Below, in pieces: positions 55,201 through 64,000 of a DNA stretch of 64,000 nt. The stretch covers positions 5,692,208 through 5,756,207 of the forward strand of contig CM082592.2 of NCBI GenBank assembly GCA_040954595.2, read 5' to 3'. Within the stretch, counting starts at the first letter, position 1; the number at the start of each line of letters is the position of its first letter. The DNA is from Balanoglossus misakiensis. Taxonomy: Eukaryota; Animalia; Hemichordata. A program made the translations under genes and the position numbers. Below the pieces are notes generated by a model. The model was given only the letters and a program-made list of their open reading frames with translations. It ran no database searches and was not told the DNA's origin.

Positions 55201-57199
55201 ACAACACAAGTTACGTGTGCGTGTGTGCTAATGGATGGAAAGGCACAAACTGCCAAACGGGTAGGTTTCGTCATACACGTTGTGGAATTTTCTCTGTATG
55301 CAGCGGGCAAAGATTACCTAAGTGTGTCTGACTATCGAAAGCACATCATGAGTGATTTCAAACACGACGGGGGGGGGGGGGGTACTCTGTCTCCCCATCG
55401 CTGCGGTGAACCTGTCCATGAAGTACGATGATTATAGTGGCACTTTCTCACAAAAACAAGGAATTTCTCTAAATAATTTGTCACATGAAAAGAGAATCAC
55501 TCATTTTTTCTAATGTCGAGGTTGTTAAAATCCACATTAGGCACACCCTGCACATGTGTCCAACAAGGCTGCCATGAAAATAATGCACGACGTTTTCGCT
55601 CCTCATTCATAAAGGGTGTATATTTTTGTTTCAGTTTCGAATCCAGGCGTCTGCCTACCTACGTCTTGTAAAAATGGCGGAACGTGCCACACGATTGGTG
55701 GAGAGGATATTTACGTATGCAAATGCACTCCGGAATGGAGGGGAGCAACCTGTGAAATATGTGAGTTGTCAAAGTGTTAAAACGCCGTGCCGATTTGAAT
55801 TGCAAATCTATTGTTATCGATTTCAAACAAATGAATTTTTGCTCAGTGCTTCGCATGTGTGAGAGACGCACCCGCGCACAGTTACATTACATTGTATGTA
55901 CTTCATTTATGTTAATAAGCTTTCGCGATCGTGGCGCAACTTCTGATCCCCCCCCCCCGATTCCTGCTCAAGTACGTTACGTTTGTGACATTTCAGCCAA
56001 AACGACACCGCTGTGCAATGCCGACACCTGTCTGAACGGTGGGGAGTGCGTGGAAGACATAACAGCCAGTTACTACATGTGTAACTGTGCGTCGGGATAT
56101 CAGGGCCGAAGATGTGAACGGGCCAGAACAGGTAACGTGTGGGTTGGTACTTCTTTTTGCGTCGGCGAGACAAATAGAGCCGTGTTTTAATTCATTATGT
56201 GAGTGACCGTCGAGCAGTCGTTTAGCAGGCCGTGTTTGAACCTTGTACTTTATGCAAAGCTATTGGTGGTCAGTTTCACGCCGATTTTCGTAGTGGTGAC
56301 TCTTTGTAATTTTATCACAGAGATCCAGCCTTGTCAGTCGAATCCCTGTCAAAACGACGGACTATGCTCTGACGAAGTGGACGCCTACACGTGTATTTGT
56401 CAATCCGGGTACGTGGGTGACAGATGCGAACAGAAAAATGCAACGAGTAAGTGTGAACAGAAATTGCTTCATTCAGATATTGGTGGCCCAGGAAAGTTGT
56501 GATTGAGGCATTCGTCGCGAGTGTTGATTGAAGACGCCGCCGCTGTGCGCAGAAAAGTGCGCCAGTTCTGGCAAGACGTGCCCTTATGAATACGCCTCAC
56601 ACTGCAAATGATAAGTGGTTTCGATGGATGGTTTTTACCCAGCCCATCCACTTGTTGTACATGGGGACAAAAAACGTCAACTTTGCGACGAATCAAATGC
56701 CCTCGTATATAGTGCAGACTAAAGATATATTCATTTCTTTTTTTTCCAGTTGAACGTATAAACGAGTGTGTGAGCTCGCCCTGCCAAAATGGCGGCACCT
56801 GCCACGACAGTTTCAACTCGTATTGGTGCATGTGTCCTTCGGGGTATTCAGGAGTCAACTGCGCAGACGGTAAGTTAGTGTCTCTCGAAACTGTTGTTTG
56901 GTCGTGAATAATGTAACAAGAGATCACGAGTAATTCAACCAGTGCCCGTAGTAACTTTATAACATCACTCTTCGATTGCAAGCCTGAATCTTTATTATTT
57001 TAATATCTATGACTCTCGCTTCTTATTGTACCCGACTTCACATGTATTACGCACAAAATAAAATTGTATTTATCTGTTTTTTTTCATCCCTCGCATAGAT
57101 TCTGCCCTGCGAAGCGCGGCAAATCCGTTGTATCGTGACATCGTGCTGGAGACCGTCGCCATCTTGTTCACAGTCTGCGTTGTGATATTCTCGAGGTGA
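40290..57199 (+). CDS. EGF gene B: signal peptide-(EGF)x38 with GPI-signal-like tail, no CUB
   Basis: Signal exon 40290-40362 ([24 protein letters not shown]). EGF exons start at 43022, 43574, 43934, 44305, 44741, 45070, 45350, 45742, 46457, 46777, 47014, 47232, 47647, 47992, 48432, 48711, 49000, 49376, 49714, 50255 (two EGFs), 50648, 51062, 51508, 51922, 52206, 52542, 52822, 53163, 53553, 53862, 54294, 54609, 55147, 55635, 55997, 56321 and 56750. Last exon 57099-57199 encodes [33 protein letters not shown]. Introns are phase 1. Confidence 0.88.
48153..48188. repeat. (GTGTT)n pentanucleotide microsatellite
   Basis: gtgttgtgttgtgtt run in an intron of gene B. Confidence 0.9.
50561..50600. repeat. 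Compound (CAT)(CGT)(CAC) microsatellite
   Basis: atcatcatcatcatcgtcgtcgtcgtcaccaccaccacca in an intron. Confidence 0.9.
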
Positions 57200-59489
57200 T
57201 AGCGCGCCGAGTGAACGACTGTCCAGCGGAAGAGAGCAAGCACCAACTTTTCTACCGGTAAAATTTGGCATGGTATTTTCTGTACATAACATCCCGGATA
57301 GTATAGCTAACATAGTATATTTCCTTCCGAATTTGTCTAAGTATAACGGGATCAGTAAATAGTTTCTATTTATGATGCTGTTTAGCATGGAATGTTCCAT
57401 GAGTTGTCTACGGTTGCACGAAGTTACCGATAAACAATAATACCTGTTGGTCGCGTCATTTGGGTACATCACGTGACCGTGGGTACACCAACGAGTTTTG
57501 CAATATAGAAACAGTGTGATCGTGGGAAAAGTTTGTAAATACGTCTTCTTTTATAGAATATCAAAATTTATGATAAAATGTTACACATTTCAAGTGCAAT
57601 AATAAATTGTTATTGAGTTCGAAAAATATAAATCGTACTAATATATTAACTACTCTGTACCTTCACCTTGAAAATTTATGTTGAATCTCCGTCCTCAGTT
57701 TGAGATTTTTCTGCGCGCCACGTAGTAATAGAGAGAAAACTGTTGTATTGTTAAGCTGGGCGTAATTGCGTTTCATTATATCAAGTGTCTTTCCAAATAT
57801 GTACAGTAGTTTTTATCTATGCATGCATGTATGCGGCCTGTATGTAGAATTTATTTGATATTTTTATTTATCGCTTTTAGGATTGTTTAGTTTCAAACTT
57901 ACCATGTATGACATGTGTCGTGAAATCTTATTTTCGATAAAGCTTGATTTTGACGTAGCAGTACAACTTGCATCTTTGCTGTATTATTTGACGCTGTTGT
58001 CTTCACGCCAGTCAGATGATGCCTTTGTTCAGACGTTGTTATTCACCTAGCAAATGTAAGTCACCTTCTACGTTTAAAACTACAGATCTCGATCAGATAG
58101 TGTAGGGGAATCCCAAAGCGTTATTCTGCACATAAGACGTGAACATTTTGGCTCTGATGTGCAGGTATGCCGTTGAATGCTGCTATACTTAGTTCATCTG
58201 CCAACAAATATTCGATAAAATGATAGTTTTTTTCTCGGTCTGTCATCAAGCAGACGACAGTCTTGCGCCCTCTAGGCCCCGGTTGTCAAGTAAACGTTGA
58301 GGGTGCTGATAAGTAAACTGAACTGTTAACATGGCTACATGTCGGTGACATAGTAAAATATGAGTCGCACCATAAGAAATGAGCGTATTGTTCAATAGAG
58401 GGTCTGTTCAGAATTTATACCAGCCATAATACGTTTGATATGTAAGCTTATTGTAAGAGAATCATGAAAACAATTATAGGGGAAAAGTCTCATTCTAGAT
58501 TTCTCATTATGTTGTAACCATTGACGTTTTGAGTCAAACTCATTCCTTCGTTTTTCGCCGTTGTGTCCGCAAAGGAGTATAATTGTTAACTTTTAAATTA
58601 AACTTTCATGACATTTATCGGCATATTTAAAAGAATATGTTTTCATTTCTCAGTAAGTTATTAATATTTTTTACAAACTAAATGTTGTTAATTTTAACCA
58701 GGCTTATTGACAGGGACAGTGACTAAACCGATGCAGGCGGTGGTGCAGTGCGTCAGTGGCAGGGCGTTCATTTTAATGAACACTAGTACTGCTAACTTTC
58801 TGTCTGTTTGTCTGTCTGTCGAATTCTGTAGAGTGATCAACGTGCAGATGGCGTATTTGTTTCAGTTTAAAAAGAAAGCCATCTGGATATAGTTTTGAAA
58901 AATTACACGCAAACGCTGTGTGTCGTCACCCGCATTGGGTGTTCTATGCATATGCCTGCAGGGTGAACGACAATTACTTGTGTGGTCTAGATCGATAAAT
59001 TGCCTTTATAATAAAATGTAATTTTAACCTTTCGACTTTGATATTTGCATATGTTTATAAGATATATTCAACCGCCTGCTTTCACTGAATAAAGAATCCA
59101 TATTCTCAAAGTCGACTCTGTGCTCACACTACACTCATCTCGTGGCATACTTGTCTTGGGGAGGGGAGGGGAGGGGAGGGGAGTGGACTTCAGGGAGGAC
59201 CAAATAACCTCTTTACAGATCAGGCTTGACAATGTCAGTTTTCCGTGCGTACATGCGAGTTGCCTTTCACGAGCTATAACCAATGTAAAATATCCAAAAA
59301 TGGCAAAATCTACAAAGTTCGCAAAGTCGGGAATTTCCAAAAATGACAAAAACACCAAAGTTCGTAAAGTCGGAAATTTGTCATATTTTGACACTTTTCA
59401 TGAGCTATAACATATTAAAAATGTCCAAAAATGTCAAAATCACGCAAAGTCGGAAGTTTGTCATATTTTGACACTTTTCGTCCAAAAAT

Positions 59490-62400
59490 TTCAAAATTTC
59501 TTCATTTTTTGACAAAAATCATGGGTTATAGCCCATGAAAATCATCCAAAATGACAATTTTTCGACTTTCCGAGATTTCAAAATTTCTTCATTTTTTCAC
59601 AAAAATCATGGGTTATAGCCCATGAAAATCATCCAAAAATGACAATTTTTCGACTTTCCGAGATATCTAAATTTCTTCATTTTTTCACAAAAATCATGGG
59701 TTATAGCCCATGAAAATCATCCAAAAATGACAATTTTTCGACTTTCCGAGATATCTAAATTTCTTCATTTTTTCACAAAAATCATGGGTTATAGCCCATG
59801 AAAATCATCCAAAAATGACAATTTTTCGACTTTCCGAGATTTCAAAATTTCTTCATTTTTTGTCAAAAATCATGGGTTATAGCCCATGAAAATCATCCAA
59901 AAATGACAATTTTTCGACTTTCCGAGATTTCAAAATTTCTTCATTTTTTGTCAAAAATCATGGGTTATAGCCCATGAAAATCATCCAAAAATGACAATTT
60001 TTCGACTTTCCGAGATATCAAAATTTCTTCATTTTTTCACAAACATCATGGGTTATAGCCCATGAAAATCATCCAAAAATGACAATTTTTCGACTTTCCG
60101 AGATATCAAAATTTCTTCATTTTTTGACAAAAATCATGGGTTATAGCCCATGAAAATCATCCAAAAATGACAATTTTTCGACTTTCCGAGATATCAAAAT
60201 TTCTTCATTTTTTGACAAAAATCATGGGTTATAGCCCATGAAAATCATCCAAAAATGACAATTTTTCGACTTTCCGAGATATCAAAATTTCTTCATTTTT
60301 TGACAAAAATCATGGGTTATAGCCCATGAAAATCATCCAAAAATGACAATTTTTCGACTTTCCGAGATATCAAAATTTCTTCATTTTTTGACAAAAATCA
60401 TGGGTTATAGCCCATGAAAATCATCCAAAAATGACAATTTTTCGACTTTCCGAGATATCAAAATTTCTTCATTTTTTGTCAAAAATCATGGGTTATAGCC
60501 CATGAAAATCATCCAAAAATGACAATTTTTCGACTTTCCGAGATATCAAAATTTCTTCATTTTGACAAAAATCATGGGTTATAGCCCATGAAATCATCCA
60601 AAAATGACAATTTTTTCGACTTTCCGAGATATCAAAATTTCTTCATTTTTTGACAAAAATCATGGGTTATAGCCCATGAAAATCATCAAAAATGACAATT
60701 TTCGACTTTCCGAGATATCAAAATTTCTTCATTTTTGACAAAATCATGGGTTATAGCCCATGAAATCATCCAAAAATGACAATTTTTCGACTTTCCGAGA
60801 TATCAAAAATTTCTTCATTTTTTGACAAAAAATCATGGGTTATAGCCCATGAAAATCATCCAAAATGACAATTTTCGACTTTCCGAGATATCAAAATTCT
60901 TCATTATTTGACAAAATCATGGGTTATAGCCCCATGAAAATCATCCAAAAATGACAATTTTCGACTTTCCGAGATATCAAAATTTCTTCATTTTTTGACA
61001 AAATCATGGGTTATAGCCCATGAAAATCATCCAAAAATGACATTTTTCGACTTTCGAGATATCAAAATTTCTTCATTTTTTGACAAAATCATGGGTTATA
61101 GGCCATGAAAATCATCCAAAAATTGACAATTTTTCGACTTCCGAGATATCAAAATTTCTTCATTTTTGACAAAAATCATGGGTTATAGCCCATGAAAATC
61201 ATCCAAAAATTGACAATTTTTCGACTTTCCGAGATATCAAAATTTCTTCATTTTTTGTCAAAAATCATGGGTTATAGCCCATGAAAATCATCCAAAATTG
61301 ACAATTTTCGACTTTCCGAGATATCAAATTTCTTCATTTTGACAAAAATCATGGGTTATAGCCATGAAAATCATCCAAAAATGACAATTTTTCGACTTTC
61401 CGAGATATCAAAATTTCTTCATTTTTTGACAAAATCATGGGTTATAGCCCATGAAAATCATCCAAAAATGACAATTTTTCGACTTTCCGAGATATCAAAA
61501 TTTCTTCATTTTTGACAAATCATGGGTTATAAGCCATGAAAATCATCCAAAAAATGACAATTTTCGACTTTCCGAGATATCAAAATTTCTTCATTTTTCA
61601 CAAAAATCATGGGTTATAGCCCATGAAATCATCCAAAATGACAATTTTTCGACTTCCGAGATATCAAAATTTCTTCATTTTTTGACAAAAATCATGGGTT
61701 ATAGCCATGAAAAATCATCCAAAAATGGACAATTTTTCGACTTTCCGAGATATCCAAAATTTTCTTTCATTTTTTGACAAAATCATGGTTATAGCCAGAA
61801 ACATCCAAAAAATGACAATTTTCGACTTTCATACAAATTCTTCAATTTTTTCACAAAATCATGGGGTATAGCCCATGAAATCATTCCAAAAATGACCATT
61901 TTTTTCGACTTCCGAGATATCAAAAATTTCTTCATTTTTTGACAAAAATCATGGGTTATAGCCCATGAAAATCATCAAAAATGACAATTTTTCGACTTTC
62001 GAGATATCAAAATTTTCTTCATTTTTTGACAAAAATCATGGGTTATAGGCCCATGAAAATCATCCAAAATGACAATTTCGACTTTCCGAGATATCAAATT
62101 TCTTCATTTTTGTCAAAAATCATGGGTTATAGCCCATGAAAATCATCCAAAAATGACAATTTTTCGACTTTCCGAGATATCAAAATTTCTTCATTTTTGA
62201 CAAAAATCATGGGTTATAGCCCATGAAAATCATCAAAATGACAATTTTTCGACTTTCGAGATATCAAAATTCTTCATTTTTGACAAAATCATGGGTTATA
62301 GCCCATGAAAATCATCCAAAAATTGACAATTTTTCGACTTCCGAGATATCAAAATTTCTTCATTTTTGACAAAAATCATGGGTTATAGCCCATGAAATCA

Positions 62401-64000
62401 TCCAAAAATGACAATTTTTCGACTTTCCGAGATATCAAATTTCTTCATTTTTTCACAAAAATCATGGGGTTATAGCCCATGAAAATCATCCAAAAATGAC
62501 ATTTTTCGACTTTCGAGATATCAAAATTTCTTCATTTTTTGACAAAAATCATGGGTTATAGCCCATGAAAATCATCCAAAAATGACAATTTTCGACTTTC
62601 CGAGATATCAAAATTTCTTCATTTTTGGACAAAAATCATGGGTTATAGCCCATGAAAATCATCAAAAATGACAAATTTTCGACTTTCCGAAGATATCAAA
62701 ATTTCTTCATTTTTGACAAAAATCATGGGTTATAGCCCATGAAAATCATCCAAAATGACAATTTTTCGGACTTTCCGAGATATCAAAATTTCTTCATTTT
62801 TGACAAAAATCATGGGTTATAGCCCATGAAAATCATCCAAAAATGACCAATTTTTCGACTTTCCGAGAATCAAAATTTCTTCATTTTTTTGACAAAAATC
62901 ATGGGTTATAGCCCATGAAAATCATCCAAAATGACAATTTTTCGACTTTCCGAGATATCAAAATTTCTTCATTTTTTTGACAAAAATCATGGGTTATAGC
63001 CCATGAAAATCATCCAAAAATGACAATTTTTCGACTTTCCGAGATATCAAAATTTCTTCATTTTTTGACAAAAATCATGGGTTATAGCCCATGAAAATCA
63101 TCCAAAAATGACAATTTTCGACTTTCCGAGATATCAAAATTTCTTCATTTTTTGACAAAAATCATGGGTTATAGCCCATGAAATCATCCAAAATGACAAT
63201 TTTTCGACTTTCCGAGATATCAAAATTTCTTCATTTTTTGACAAAATCATGGGTTATAGCCATGAAAATCATCCAAAATGACAATTTTTCGACTTTCCGA
63301 GATATCAAAATTTCTTCATTTTTGACAAAAATCATGGGTTATAGCCCATGAAAATCATCCAAAATGACAATTTTTCGACTTTCCGAGATATCAAATTTCT
63401 TCATTTTTGACAAAAATCATGGTTATAGCCCATGAAAATCATCAAAATGACAATTTTTCGACTTTCCGAGATATCAAAATTTCTTCATTTTTTTGACAAA
63501 ATCATGGGTTATAGCCCATGAAAATCATCCAAAAATGACAATTTTTCGACTTTCCGAGATATCAAATTTCTTCATTTTTGACAAAAATCATGGGTTATAG
63601 CCATGAAATCATCCAAAATGACAATTTTTCGACTTTCCGAGATATCAAATTTCTTCATTTTTGACAAAAATCATGGGTTATAGCCCATGAAAATCATCAA
63701 AATGACAATTTTTCGACTTCCGAGATATCAAAATTCTTCATTTTTGACAAAAATCATGGGTTTATAGCCATGAAAATCATCCAAAAATTGACAATTTTTC
63801 GACTTTCCGAGATATCAAAATTTCTTCATTTTTTTCACAAAAATCATGATTTTATCTGAAATCATCCAAATGACACCGAGATATCAAAATTTCTTCATTT
63901 TTTTTGACAAAAATTCATGGGTTTATAGCCGCATGAAAATCATCCAAAAAATGACAATTTTTCGACCTTTCCGAGTTATCAAAATTTCCTTCATTTTTTT
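59490..64000. repeat. 88-bp AT-rich tandem satellite, ~51 copies, continuing past the window end
   Basis: Consensus caaaatttcttcattttttgacaaaaatcatgggttatagcccatgaaaatcatccaaaaatgacaatttttcgactttccgagatat. Period of 88 measured between cccatg at 59971 and 60059. Confidence 0.98.

Noticed and set aside
25174-57199. Notch, Crumbs or a single giant EGF gene
   Set aside because: No LNR, ankyrin, laminin-G or cytoplasmic exons were seen. A stop-containing tail exon and a second signal-peptide exon separate two genes.
59068-59410. ORFs at the satellite junction
   Set aside because: They arise from (GAGGG)n and degenerate satellite copies, with no transposase motifs.
59490-64000. CRISPR-like array
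   Set aside because: Monomers are head-to-tail with no unique spacers, there are no cas genes and the context is eukaryotic. It is satellite DNA.

Overview
Eukaryotic genomic DNA with GT-AG introns, most likely an invertebrate deuterostome such as an echinoderm (inferred from a fibropellin-type EGF-CUB-EGFn gene). No prokaryotic features. In order: (1) the 3' part of a CLIP-170/CLIP1 gene (+, to 9964) with a ~3.7 kb 3' UTR; (2) a complete 9-exon NCBP3 gene (+, 14056-17664); (3) a solitary, apparently intact U1 snRNA gene (-, ~18872-19036) with an unexplained 101-codon ORF head-to-head; (4) an intronless, divergent otopetrin-fold gene (-, 20521-22752) that appears to lack key proton-channel residues and carries a duplicated, tyrosine-motif-rich cytoplasmic loop; (5) a ~440 bp foldback element; (6) two tandem genes built from phase-1 EGF exons, each with its own signal-peptide exon and GPI-signal-like last exon (gene A: EGF-CUB-30 EGF, one exon frameshifted; gene B: 38 EGF, no CUB); (7) an 88-bp satellite from ~59490 to the window end. 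Exon models were built by eye and may be off by a few bases. Family assignments rest on recalled motifs, not on searches.
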